A stretch of 64,000 nucleotides of DNA from positions 1-64,000 of IMG/VR virus record IMGVR_UViG_3300025924_000020; one strand, given 5' to 3'. Positions 21,025 to 34,900 of this stretch are shown piece by piece. Position numbers and translations under genes: made by a program. This DNA is from a virus. Taxonomy: Duplodnaviria; Caudoviricetes. A model generated the notes under the pieces. That model did no database searches. It had not been told where the DNA came from and saw only the letters and a program-made list of their open reading frames with translations. Within the stretch, counting starts at the first letter, position 1. Each line of letters starts with the position of its first letter.

Positions 21025-22902
21025 ATGCCTGACTATTCATCATTTAATTTAGATCAAGGTTCCTTTCAGCCTACTTATGCTGGAAGTCCTTTAGATACAG
21101 TCCTTCAAACTAATCAAGCTTTACAAGAACGACACTATAGGAATATTGCTGATGCTAGTTCTATTGAACTTGCACTTAAACAAATGCAGTCTAGTGCTCT
21201 TCCTGGAGCTAGGGATTATATTGCAGACCAAGTAGGTCAAATCCACGAACAATTGCAGAGTATGGCAAAGTCTGGAGCTGAAAATTCTACAGCCAAGATT
21301 CTTGCTTTGCGTAATGCATTCTTAGGAGATGAGGGTTTGATCCGTAGTCAAGCAATTGCTAAACAATATGGAGAAGCCCAGAAAACAATACAGGATATAG
21401 CTCAGAAGACTGGTAGAGAAGCGGTGTATCATAAACATGAATTGGACAACATAGCTAAAGCTAGTCCATACATCAAAGATGAAGAAGGAAATCAAGTGCT
21501 TAATCCACTCTACTCTAAACCATTTACTCCTAAGATTTCACCTTACTTAGATCCAACCATAGACTACAAACGTATTACAGACGAAATCAAACCTGACAAA
21601 TGGGTAGCTGAAGGTTTAACAGAGACTGGTAAGATACGATTCCAGAATGCTAAATATAAGATGGATAATGGTGAAATGGATATCCCTAAATTCTTAGAAG
21701 AAGCTAGTGCATCTGGTATTACACCACAGAAGATCAAAGCCCTTAAAGAAAGGCTATTTACAGCTTATAAGAATACATCAGCCTATGAACAACAAAAGGA
21801 ATTCTTTGGCAAAGATGATGAAGCTCAAAGAGAAGACTTGTTTAATTATGGATTGATTGGAACCTATCACCAACTAGATAAACACTATCATCAGCTTAGT
21901 GGTACAGGAGGTGGAGGAGGTGGGGCTGATACTCCATCATTAAGACCAGTACTAAGTCCAGCAGTGAAGAAGGAGGCTATTAGAGCTAATCTGCCTTGGG
22001 ACTTTGAGTTACCAAAAGCAGGAGAATATAGTGATCCTGAAGAAGCCAAAGGTAAAGCAATTGCTTCAATGCTAGGATTTAAACCAGATGGTGCTAAACA
22101 AGCCACACCACAAGAAAAACAAGCTGCTAATAAGAATTATGAGGATTTACTGCAATCAGCTGCTGAAGCTTATGGATTACCCGAAGCTGAAGTTTCAAAA
22201 TTGAAATCAAATAGAACTGAAGGGAAGAAAGTAATAGAGAAGTTCTTTGATGAGTTCTATCAACCAATTCTCAGCAATGCTCAAGCTACTGCAGTAGTAG
22301 ATAATAAGATGCTACCATTCTATGACAACTTACTTAAACGTAGTCCACAGAATTTGAATTATTATGACATGAACGGCAAGAAATACAACATGTTAGATAA
22401 TAATGGGAAAGTAAACAGTGACTGGGCAAAATTAACTGGTGGAGATCCTGATAAATTCCAGTATGGTAACACACTATCTCCAATTAACGTAGATGCTGGT
22501 TTAATCAAAGAAGATGACGCAGCAAGTACTCTACACTCAGTGACAGGTAAAGACAAAGATGGAAATGCTACCACATTCTATATGTCTAATCCAGCTGAAA
22601 TAGATAATGCAAGGAAGAATACAAACGTTGTGTACAATAAAGCTATTTCAAAGCCTGGGGTATTTATTCCAGTAAAAGGCGGTGGTGAAGCTAGAATACT
22701 AGTTGGTAAACAAAAAGAAAAAGCAGCTAGGTATTTACTTCAAACTGCAACAACTCATCCTGAGCAAGCTAATACAATCTTATCTTACATTAACGGACCA
22801 CTAATGGAATATAAAAATGGTGATCAATTAGAAGTTGTTACACCACAAGGCTTAGGTCAATTCTTACACGAAAATAATATCTCTCTATCCTACAAAGACT
22901 AA
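21025..22902 (+). CDS. Virion cargo/ejection protein 2
   Basis: Helical N-terminal half and Gly linker; lies between cargo 1 and the vRNAP. Confidence 0.55.
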   Translation: MPDYSSFNLDQGSFQPTYAGSPLDTVLQTNQALQERHYRNIADASSIELALKQMQSSALPGARDYIADQVGQIHEQLQSMAKSGAENSTAKILALRNAFLGDEGLIRSQAIAKQYGEAQKTIQDIAQKTGREAVYHKHELDNIAKASPYIKDEEGNQVLNPLYSKPFTPKISPYLDPTIDYKRITDEIKPDKWVAEGLTETGKIRFQNAKYKMDNGEMDIPKFLEEASASGITPQKIKALKERLFTAYKNTSAYEQQKEFFGKDDEAQREDLFNYGLIGTYHQLDKHYHQLSGTGGGGGGADTPSLRPVLSPAVKKEAIRANLPWDFELPKAGEYSDPEEAKGKAIASMLGFKPDGAKQATPQEKQAANKNYEDLLQSAAEAYGLPEAEVSKLKSNRTEGKKVIEKFFDEFYQPILSNAQATAVVDNKMLPFYDNLLKRSPQNLNYYDMNGKKYNMLDNNGKVNSDWAKLTGGDPDKFQYGNTLSPINVDAGLIKEDDAASTLHSVTGKDKDGNATTFYMSNPAEIDNARKNTNVVYNKAISKPGVFIPVKGGGEARILVGKQKEKAARYLLQTATTHPEQANTILSYINGPLMEYKNGDQLEVVTPQGLGQFLHENNISLSYKD

Positions 22903-22904
22903 TT

Positions 22905-25900
22905 ATGTCAGACGGTAAAGATAAACAATACACAAATATACGCCTAGCTGGAGGAGAGTCAAGTCCAGTAAATACACCTTACAATGGATCTAACTTAGGA
23001 CTCAACTATATACCAGGTACTCCTGGAGATCCATCTGGAGTAGAAGCATACCTAAATGAGAATCAAGGACTAGCTCACACATTTACTAATTGGGCAGCAC
23101 AATCGCTCAGTGGAGCTGTATTGGGCACCATTGAATCTGCTTCCTATCTTGCTGACCTTGAACAACTAAAGGATAAGATACAAGGTAGTGAGCAGGAATA
23201 TGATAACTGGCTTGCAAAGGCAATGAGAGAAGCTAAAGAGAATGTCAAAGAAGCAGCTCCTATTTATCGCTCTAAAGAGGGTCAGGAAACTTTCTCCCCA
23301 GGTTCTAGAAGTTTCTGGACTTCTAATTCACCAGATGTTATCAGTTCAGTACTATCCCTTCTTATTCCAGGAGCAGTTGCAGGCAAAGCGGGTAAAATGG
23401 CTGCAGCTGGATTTAAATTTGGTGAAGCAGCACAAGCGGGTAGTGAACTAGTAGCAGCTACACTAACTTCTCGTTATGCCGAATCCACTATGGAAGCTAA
23501 TCAAGTTTTCCAAGACGGCTACAAGCAATACTTACAACAAAGAATGCCCGATGAACAAGCTAGGGAATTAGCTGGACAAGCTGCATCACGTACATTTAAT
23601 ACTAACTGGATACTAGCAATACAGGATCTGTATCAATATAACTCTATTCTCAAAGGTTTTGGTAAGGCAGCTAAAGCAAAATCATTACTAGGTATCGCTG
23701 GTGAAACAGCTGGTCAAATGATTTCAGAAGGAGCTGAAGAAGGATTACAGTATGTATTCTCTGAAGAAGCTAAGAAAGCTGGTGCTAATAAAGGACACGG
23801 ATATTTTGGTGATGAGTTCTGGAATCAAAGATTATCAGATTACATAACTAGTGATGAATTTAAAACTAACGTAGCATTAGGGGCAGTTGGTGGTGGCGTC
23901 TTCGGTGGCGTTGGTCCTGCAGTACAAAAAGGAGCTGATATGCTCCGTAAGCAGAAGTCAGATATTATAGATTCACTAGCTAAAGAAAGAGCTAATCTAA
24001 TGAATGACTTTGGTACTTCTAAGAAGATAGATAGTGATAGATTAGCTAATAATGCTTTACAACACTTAGCTAATGGTAAACTAGATAAGTGGATAGATAC
24101 TGTAGAAGAGCTTAAGAAGGTTCCAGATTTAGAGCCAGATACAAGACGTGATCTGGATCAGCATAAGGATGAATTGACAGAACTTGTCAATATCAACTCT
24201 CAGATTAAAGATTCTAAGATTCCTAAAGACTTACAATCTACTGCAGTAGCTGATCATTATGATGTAATGAGAAGCACTAGGTTAGGTAAAGAACTAGAAG
24301 GTAAATTAAACGAGCAATATAACACACTCCCTAAACTAGGTTTACCAGAGAACTTACTTACTCTGAAGAAAGAAAAAATTAATTTAGAAGCTATCAAAGA
24401 ATTAGCTACTAAAGAACCTGCATATGCTCCATTAGCACAAATGTTAGCTAATAAGTTTCAAGATAACCTGACTGCTCTTGAACCAAACAAAGATTTAAGA
24501 AGAGATTTAGAAACACAATTAATAACACCTAAAGATAAGGAACTTGTACTGCTTAACAAGCAAATAGCACTTAATAACAGTCATGTTAGACAACTTAAGA
24601 ATAAGATAGCTAAATACTCTACACCAGAAGGTGTTGCTCAATTGTCTGCAGAGAAAGCACAGAAGACTGCTAATGAGGTAGCCAAAGCTGCTATAAACAA
24701 ACCTAACGTTACAGCGACTGAGATCAAACAAGCTCAAAGTACAGTTACAGATCCCCAAGTACAGCAACAGCTGGGGGAGAAACTAAACCAAATTGTAGAA
24801 GAACAGAAAGATAACAACAAAGCTACAGTAGACAGTGAGTTGAGTAAGTTAGAAGAACTTCCACAAGAAGTACTACCTACACCAGAAAACTTTAGTCCTG
24901 AAATGATGGAGCAATCTCCTGAAGATATTACTCCAGACATGCTAGAACCAAATCCTGAAGCGTCTCTAGAACCTTCTGAAGTACAAAAGACTGCAGCTAG
25001 CTTTGGTATTGGTAATGAGATATTGTCACAGCTAGAAGTAGAGAAACCAACTCCTAAACAGAAAGCAGTTACCAGTAAAGCTAAAACCAAAGAAAGAGTA
25101 CGTAATACACAACTTGAAGAAAGCACAGCCAAATCTTGGCTAAAAGAATATCAGTCACATAAGGATAAAGACGGTAATTGGGTAGAAGATAGGGACCCTC
25201 TTGGGTTTCCTATAGAGCAACAATACTTTGCTGCAGATGGAAGCTTAGTTCCTGCACATAAGATATTTGCTACAGATGAGAATGGAGTACTGCTGATTAA
25301 TACACCACAAATCAAAGTAGGAGATAAAGTTCTATTAGTTAGAGAAGATAGCTTTCCCTACACAATCACTAAAGGATTTAAACCAACTTCTGATTTAAAT
25401 TCAGTAATCAATGTTTATCAAGTAGATAAAAATGGACATAAAATAGGTGATAAGCCTTTGTTCCAATTAGACTCTGCAGATAGTCCAAACTTATCACCAG
25501 CGCAACAAGCAAGTAACTTACGTCTTAGACAACAAATCACAGTATGGGGGCCTAATGAATTAGTAACTACTATACAAGCAAAGAATATAGGTACAGTTAA
25601 ACGAGGTACTAACCTCCAGTCTATCTCTGTATTAGAGCATGATTACATGGGAGATAACTACGTTAAACTTCCTCATGGAGCAATCTTAGGTATCGTAGAT
25701 CATCAAGGGCACTTTACATTTAAAGGTGACAATATAGTTTCTCTACCTAAACAAACTCAGGATAAGTTAGATGAGTTAATGTTAAACTATGCAAAAGATG
25801 CGGAGAATTTAATAGGATCAACTATAGTAGCCAGGACAGCACCAGATGGAAGTTATCGCATGGAGACATTGACTTATCGTCAAATGACTCCTGAAGAAAC

Positions 25901-28900
25901 TAAATACGTTAAAGACAATCTAGCCTCCTCATTCAAAAGTAATGACTTTACTAATCTTAAAAAAGTAATGTACTTTCCTGAGTTATCAACAGGATACTTT
26001 ATTGCTAAAGATAAGAAAGGTGCCGCTAAAACTCCAGATCTATTCACGTTACCTAAAGCTACTAAAAATAACAGAATAACATTGTTTAAGAGTGGTACTG
26101 GTAAGTATACGTTAGGTATTCCACTTAAGTCTAGTCAGACAGGGAATAGGGTATGGACCACGTTAGAAGGAAACGATATTCAAAATTTCCTATCTAATAA
26201 ACCTGCCAGTATTACATTCCATGCTATTGTAGAAGGTAAATATGCTAAGCGTAAGGAAGTAAGAACTCCAGAACAGTATGCTAGTATTTTGTCTACTATG
26301 AATTCATTGATTGACTCTCAAAGTAGACAAGTAGATTTTGATCAAGTAAATAAAGAAGCTCTTTATACTGATCCAGTGACTAACCAAGAATACACGAACT
26401 ATTATGATTTCTTGAAGGCCACTAATACAGTACAGACATACTTGCGAGGATCGAACACAATTGGATTTGGTCAAGATAATTCTTTCTCTTATGGCTCAAC
26501 AACGGTATACCTGGACTCTTCGCCTAAAGATATTAAGACTGACATAGATCCTCAGACTGAAGAGCTAGAAAAAGTGGAACAAACACCTCCACCTAGCGCA
26601 CCAATAGAGTTAGGCCCTACAACTCCAATATCTCCAGAAGAAATAGAAGAAGAGTTTGGTCCTAAGTATAAACATTTCTCATTTGAGAATACTACCTTCA
26701 ATGTAATAGGAGAGAAAGAACTTCAATGGTTTAAGAATAACTACGGAGAAGAGTTCTTGGATATTGCGATAGGTGTAGATAAGTTTATTGGTGCTAATGG
26801 AGTAGAAGCTTTTGGTAGTTATTACAATGCATTGGTAACTCTAGCTCAGTATGCTCCAGAAGGAACGACTTATCATGAAGCTGGGCACTTTGTATTTGAT
26901 CCAAAGAATAAGTTAATTACAAAACTTGAGCGTGAAAAGATACTTAAAGAAGCTAAAAAGATTTATGGGGAGCTAAAGGACAACTATCTTGAAGAAAAAA
27001 TTATGGAAGATTTTGAGAGATATAAACTCTCAGATGGCAAGTATCTTCCAGAGGTTTCTAGAACTAAAAGCTTCTTCTCTCGTATTCTTCAATTCATTAA
27101 GAAATTGTTAGGCTATAAGACAGAGATTCAAAAACTATTTGAAAAGATAGATACGCCTAATCTATCTATTGAAGATAGAAAGACACTTTATGAGAATAGA
27201 TCAAAGTTAGTTGATCCAGATCAAATTCTTAATAAAAGATTACCTGGCTTTATTTCTTCTCGTTATGAACAAGAAGCTCTTATTTCAGCTAGAAGTAAAG
27301 CTATCGCGATTGCTTCAGAAGGTTTAAAGCAGGTGAGTGATGTAACTAAGTTCTTGAGTAATAGTATTAATCTAACTAAAATTCTTGATCAAGTTAAGGA
27401 CTATTATGCTAGACTAGCACAGAATTTAGAAGCTGTAGGAGATAAGCGAAATAAAGAGCAGACACTACAGTTAATGACCTTAAATGCAATGGGAGTAACT
27501 AAGACTCCTGGATATGAGAAATATCAAGGATCTTGGGATGATATAACTTATGGACCTATTAAAGAAGATGGATTTAAAAGTAAGCTATTACAGGTATTCA
27601 GTGACCTAGGATTTGTAGTCAAGTATGATCTAGACAAAGTAGAAGCTCAGGAGCAAGATGAAGCAGAGAGAATCTATGACGTAGACTCAAGTTTGATCAA
27701 CCCATCTTCCTCTATTTCAAATAGAGTTAGATTATTGTTGCATTCTATTCCATCCCCAGTTGTAGATTCTAAGGGGCAAGTAATAGATAGTCAAAAGACG
27801 CTATTTGGAGATATAAAACCTCTTGATTTCAGATCTGCAGATGCAATGTTGGCACTTAAGCTAAGTGATGCTATTGACCCTTATGAGAGGCTACAAAGTT
27901 TAGCTAAGCTTAACCCAATAGCTAGAGTAATTCTCAATAAACTTGATGAAGTTAAATCTTCAGGAGATAATCAAACTTTCACTGAAGTGATGGTTAAATA
28001 TCGTAGGGATAGTAATGACAAGAAGACTATTCTACTTCAGGAGAAAGAAGTGTTTGTACCTGTAGCTGAGCGTGGGCCAGACGGTCAAGAAACTACTAGG
28101 GTATATACTTCTAGATTCATAGATGCTAACCGTAATTCTGTATTTCGTACTATTCTAAATAACTGGAGGTCAGAAGCAGAAAGAGTGAACCTTATTACTC
28201 CTACTGGTGAACTGACTACTAAAGCTAAAAAAATAGCTACTGACTTTGCTAGCCTCAAGGCTAAACAAAATACAATAGCGTTTGAACCGTTACTTAGTCA
28301 ATTCCAAACAATATTAAAAGAACTTGGAGTAACGCTTCCAGATGGTCTTATTGCTGAACTACAGTCACTAGACACTCAATATGTTAAAGCTGTACAACAA
28401 GCTAAAGCACGTGAATTAAAACTTAAGAGTTTAGTATTTGGTGAAAACAGCGCTAGCTTGGAGGCTTTAATCAACACTTTTAATAGTGATATACAAGTCA
28501 GCTCTCCATTTGATGGTAAGACTAACGTGCTTGAAAAATTAGCTAAAGCATCAGCTATCTATTATGATTCAGTTAAGACTGGGGCATATCTGAATGAGAA
28601 TGGTGACTTGGAATATCCAATAAATCTACCATCTTATTTGAGTGAGTTTGCTAGTTTATTAAATAGTCCTGATAAGCTAAATGAATGGGTTAATACCTTA
28701 GAACAAGATGAATTCTATAAAGATAATCAATTCATAGCTACTCTTAAACAAGCTATTAGAGGAAAGCAACTAAGCAAAATCAGATTTAGCTTACTCTCTG
28801 CCATTCGTGATAAAGATAGTGATGCAAAGATGTTTGGAGATAGAAGTGAGATTGACTCATTAGTCTCACGACTGGTGTCTTATTTTAATAATGAAACTCA

Positions 28901-31900
28901 CAATGATAAGTCAGAGTATGCTTCAATCTTTATAGGTACTCCTGCTAATAAAGCTAAAGATCCTATGATGAATCTTCCTAAGAAGAGAGGAGATGAAGCG
29001 TATGCATTCCTGAAAAAAGTTTTAGCTAATACTGTACTTAATGAGATTTCTAGAATACAGAATATCAAAGATAGTCTCGGTAAACCTAGGGTAGGTAATA
29101 ATCCACTTCCACAAGAAATAAACAATCTTAAGAATGCTACTAAATTCATTTACTTACCTGAGCTAAATGAGATAGAAGGATTAGCAGATTCATTATCTAA
29201 TGGTGAGATATCTGCAGACAACTATAAAACTGCTAAGGCTAAACAAGAGCAAGTCATCAATAATTGGATTGACCAAAAGTACGATTCATTCTTGAACCTT
29301 CTTGAATCAAATGATATCATTAGGGTGAATAGAAAGAGTGGTAGAGTAGTTAATATCTCCAACACTCGTATTCCAAAAGATATAATCAATCTTTATGGTA
29401 CCCCAGCTAAATTCTTGAAAGAGTTCTTCTACAATGACACAGCATACAGACTGGAAATGTCTAAAGTCTTCATGGGAGATTTGGCATTCTATAAACCAGG
29501 TGTAGATGACTATTTTAAGCGTATGTACCAGCTAGTAACTCCAGGTTACAAAGCTTATACTGATAAGGAAACTAGTATAGTAAGAGGTATTTATCCAGCA
29601 CAGAAGAAGATTGAATTGCCTGAGATTAATAGCCTTAAAGAACTGGGTTTGTCTGACTCTGTAGCTAATAATTATAAGAGAGGTGTTAATAAGACAGATG
29701 CACAATCCTTATCCACCATTCATGGTTATAGGACCCTAGCTAAAGCTCTTGGCTTATGGAATGACTTTACTCATGAGAAAATCTATCAGGTAGCTTGGAA
29801 GTACAATGAGCCAGCTAGACAACAGATAAAGAAGTTAACTCTACTTGGAGAAATTACTGAACAGGAAGCCAAAGATCTTAATGGTATTCTATTCAATTTA
29901 GATCTACAACCTCTTAAACCATTCCAGTATAACGATAGATTTATTGACTTACCTAATGGTAAGAGAATGCTATTAAAGGAACAGTTTAAGGATTCTATTA
30001 CCCCTATTTTACCTGAATTAGCTAATACTCATCAAGGCTACAAAGAACTGCACGATTATATGCTAGGTAATGGCTTTGATGTACTATCGGCTGAAGATGC
30101 TGTAAAAGTAGGCAGCTATGGAGTTCTTGATATGACTCAACCTGCAGAAGCTTGGCAGAAAAGAAGAGTAAGTTTAGATGATATTCGTTTTCCTCAGTTT
30201 ATGCCTTCTAAAAAGAAGGAAGAAACTTCAGGTACACAGTTACATAAACTTATTATGGGTGATGTACAGGATAAGACAGACTATAGCCTTAATGATACTA
30301 AGATCTCTGGAGTTGACTTGAAAGCTGATTATAATAAACTTTGGGTAGAAAAACTAGAGAATGGAGTAACTAAGCTTAAGGATTTACTAGGAATGGGAGA
30401 TGATTTCAAGTTCTCAAACAATCCTAATAAGAAGATTGAGCAGTTACAGAAACTTCAGTTAGTCCTTAAACAAGAGTTAAACCAGAGAGATCTAAATGAT
30501 AATTATAAAGATGCTATTAATTTAACCCTATCTCAACTAAAGGGTATAGAGTTTAATATGCCTCTTTCCTTCCCTCAAATTACTAAGCCATTTGAAGGAA
30601 TCATTGTTAAGTTGTTTGATAAGTACGTTACTAGTCAAAAGAGTACTGGTTACACAGCTGTAAATTTAGCCGATTTTGGAGTACAGAAGAGTGATGAACT
30701 TAGATATGTACGTAATGAAAATGGACAGCTAGTCGAAGCTGAAATCGGTATTGCTATCAATCCAAGTGAATTTGGATTACGTTATGGCGAACATATCTCG
30801 CCTACAGGTAGAGTGATATGGGATAAATTAAATAATAACCAACAAGAAGCGTTACAGTACATCGCTTATCGTATTCCAACTTCCAATAAGAGTTCGATGC
30901 TACCAGTTCGTGTGGCTATGATCTTACCTAAGACCATGAATAATATAGTCATGATCCCTGGTGAAACTACTCTACAAATGGGTTTGGACTTTGATGTGGA
31001 TAAAACACAGTTACTACGTAGAGTAACCAAGGATGGTAAAATAGATAAGGCTCACGTAGATACTAAGTTATTTAATATCTATTGGTCAGTATTGACAAAC
31101 AAAGAGCATTTGAACGCAATGCTAACACCATTATCAACTGCTCGCTTAGAAGCAATTAAAGACAACTATACCAAACGTGGTATCTTAACTTCAGAGACAA
31201 ATCAATCACCCTTCACTCTAGAAGCCGATATTAAAGCTCAAACAAAGAATAGAGAAGAGAAGGTAAAAGTTGGTGGTGCTTCTAGAGCAGCTACCGCACA
31301 TAGTGTTATTCAGATGCTTGGTGAAGAAGCAATACAAATAAATCCTCTATTTGATATTAAGATAGCTCGTAAAGGACCTCTTAGATTTGGTCATATGACT
31401 TCTCAAGATGGTAGTTTAATATCTGAGAACTTAGGAGAAATACAGCAGGCAGCACTTGATGCGGCTAAAACGCCATTGTTAGCTATTTTCAATATTACCA
31501 AGAAACTTCTTTCTCCAGCAGAGACATTAGTGATGCTTGGTTATGATCTTAGAACTGTTACAGACTTCTTCATGCAGCCTGTAGTCAGAGAATGGTCTAG
31601 TAACTATATAAAAGAAAATGAAGACGATTTAGCTGCTACTGAAAGCTTCTTAGAAGCTCATCCAGAAGTGGGTAGTGTCATCAACAATTTACGTAAGCAA
31701 GGAAGTAGACCTACACTTAGCTTAGATGCTCTTAGTCAAGCGTTAACTTCTAAAGTAGGTGAGAATCCTATACACGATGCGGCTGTACTTCTTGAACTAG
31801 GTAACTTATTGCAAGCAGGTAAATTGTTGTCTAACTTCACGAATGTGCTTAGCTTAGATACTTTTGGAGATACATCATCCATAGAATCGTTACAAGTTAT

Positions 31901-34900
31901 GGCTCAACAAGTAATGGAGTCTACTAACACAGATAACAACTTCTATATTGATCCTAGAGTATTTAGTATGGAGAAAGCTCCAACTAATGCTAAGAGAATT
32001 GCTGCCTTCCATGAGTATAGCTTAGAGAAACCACTTGTATTAGCAAATGAGATATTCCCTAGTACTAATATTCACTACCAAGCAGCTAGGGATTATATTC
32101 TTGAAGCTCTTACTTTACGTAAGACTAACAAAGATTTGCTAACGAAAATTAACAAGTTTATACACTTCTATAAATTACAGCACGACTCAGCGCTGTCCCT
32201 TGCACTTGGTAAAGTATCACCTACTAAAGAGCCATATACTTCTAGGTGGAGATTTACAGAGCCAGGAAACACTATTGTTGAGTACTTTAGCAAGTTTATG
32301 AAGAACGCTAAGAAGAATCATCCTGGACTGTTCAATGAACAAGGAATGATACAGAATAAACTACTAGCTAGTATACAAATTCAAACTTTCTCGAATAACG
32401 ATAAGTTAGCTATGTTAACTGTAAATAATGTTACAGATGATAACAATAGCGATCTAGTATTGGCTTGGAATGATTTGCTTAATGCTAAATCAGAGGAAGT
32501 TAGAACCTTAGCCCACGATTTAATTAGATATGCAATTTATACGTCTGCTTTTAATTACAGTCCTACTTCATTTGCAGACTTGATTCCAACTGATATCTGG
32601 AAAACAACTGGATTGGCTAATTATTGGGAAGACAATAGAAATTCTAGTATTGACAATGAAGGTCTACTACTTAATTTTGTTAGACATAATTACAAAAAGA
32701 TTAAGTTCTTCCCTCAATTCTTTATTACCTCTAATGGTAGATCACAATCTATCATAAAATCAAGTAGGGTAATGGATGATAAAGGTATACTTCAAGCTTT
32801 TCAAATTAGTAAGGAATACAAGCAGGCTGAGGTATTACCTAGATTCGCTATTGTAAAAGGAAGATTGTATGAACAATCACCAGCCAATCCATATTCCTAT
32901 AAACAATTACAAAGTGCTGGTGGAGATAACTTTTATGAAGTATCAACAGATGGAAGAAATCTTTCAAGAAATCCAGTAAACAAAGATGATGGCTCTCCTA
33001 ATCCCTGGAAGAATGCTATTGTACGTAAAGATGAAGAACTAAAAACTACTGATCCTAGACTACAAGTTGAGAATAGGCTAAGAACTTTTGAGCTAGGTAC
33101 TTTAGAAGGTAAACCTCAAACCGATCAAGAAAATGATAACCTTCACAACAACATGATTAATTTTCCTGAAAAAGGAATGGTTAATGGTGGTGAGACATTT
33201 GAAGAAGCTTCTGATCGTGTAATTTCTCTAATGAAAGATTTAACTAAGAATGCTGCAAATAACAGTGTTATAGTAACTCACAATGCTGTATTTGGAATTA
33301 TTAAAGTATGGGATCAAGAAGGTAGGCCAGATTCTCTAAATAAAGAGCAGAGAATAAAATATACCAAACAGGATAACACAGTAGCAACTGGTTCACACTT
33401 TACAATTAAGACTAGTAAAGGAAAATTATTTGTGGTTAGGCATGGTGAAACCACAGATAATGTAGCTAAAGTGTTTAGAACTCCATCAGCTCAGCTTACT
33501 CAGAAAGGTATAAAGCAGGCTGAAACTGCAGCTAAGGCACTAGCTATATTCCAGATCCCAATGATTATTACGTCACCAATGGAAAGAGCTGTAGAGACTT
33601 CTAGAATCATTTTAAAAGCTCAAGGGGAAGTACAGAAATTCAATCAACCTGCTTTGTCAGATAGTGATATAATAGCTACAAATCCATTTATAGAGTACTA
33701 TCTACCTAACCAAAGCAATGATCCTAAAACTGTACTTGAACATCTTATTAAAGATGAAACTAATCCAGAAAACAGGCAAGCATTACAACATTTACTTGAT
33801 AACGTATCTAAAATAGACGCTAAAATAGATGTTACTGCAGATGATATGTTGGGTTTTATGGGTAGATATGAAGTCATCACAAATAATGGTAATCTTGTTA
33901 GTTCAGTAGTTAAAATAAACCCTAACACTAATTCCATAGATTCTCAAGCAAGTGCTAGGGCTGTAATACATCATGAATTGGAACATGCATTCACAGTAGG
34001 TGTGTTAAAGAATCCACAGACTGAATTGGAGAAAAACTTCAACACAAATTTAAGTAGAGTATTAGAAGAAGCTAGACAAAAATTAGGTATAGTCTACTAT
34101 ACTGAAAATAAATTTGAATTTATAGCTGAGTTAGCTTCAAATGAAGCCTTTAGACAGAAACTTAGAGGGGCCGACTTGTGGAGTAGAATTATTCGTTCAA
34201 TACGCAAGGTATTAGGAATGAAAGACTCCTACGATAAACTTATAGAACAAAGGTATGAAGTTATTTCACAAGGAGAAAAACTAGAAAGAAGTAGTGGAGT
34301 ACTGGGTAAACCTGAAAATAAAAAACCAGGTAAAAAGCAGTTAACTATTTTTGAAAGCATGTTATCTTCTCTGGACTCTAGAGTTAGAGAATTAAAGAGA
34401 AGAAGAGGTAAAGAATCTGCTATAGAAACTGAAGCTGAATTAAAAGTACTCAAAGAACTAGCTAAGAAGAACGAGTCTGCAATGGCAGTCAGATACTTAG
34501 TGTATGTCAATAAGGAAATAGCTAAGCTTAAATCTATCTATGACTTGATGGATAAGACTCCAGAGAAGTTGAATGCTAAATTAATAGCTCCAATGTATGA
34601 TCAATTACTATCATACAATTTACTTGACGAGTTACTGAAAGATGCTAAGACCAACCCAGATGCGTATGTGGGTAAGACTGGTGATATCAAGCAATTTATC
34701 ACTGAAGTAAATAATCTAAGAGGTGAAGTGTCTGATTTACGACTAAAATTAGAGCACCTTATTCCATATAGAGTAGCTAGTTTCATTAAAGATAATATTC
34801 GTCAAGGTCAGAGCTTTGAAGAGGTAGTAGATTCCCTTAAAGTAGCAAATGGTGATGTAAGCTATATAGCTAGATGGTTAACTCCATTTATTGAAGTGAA

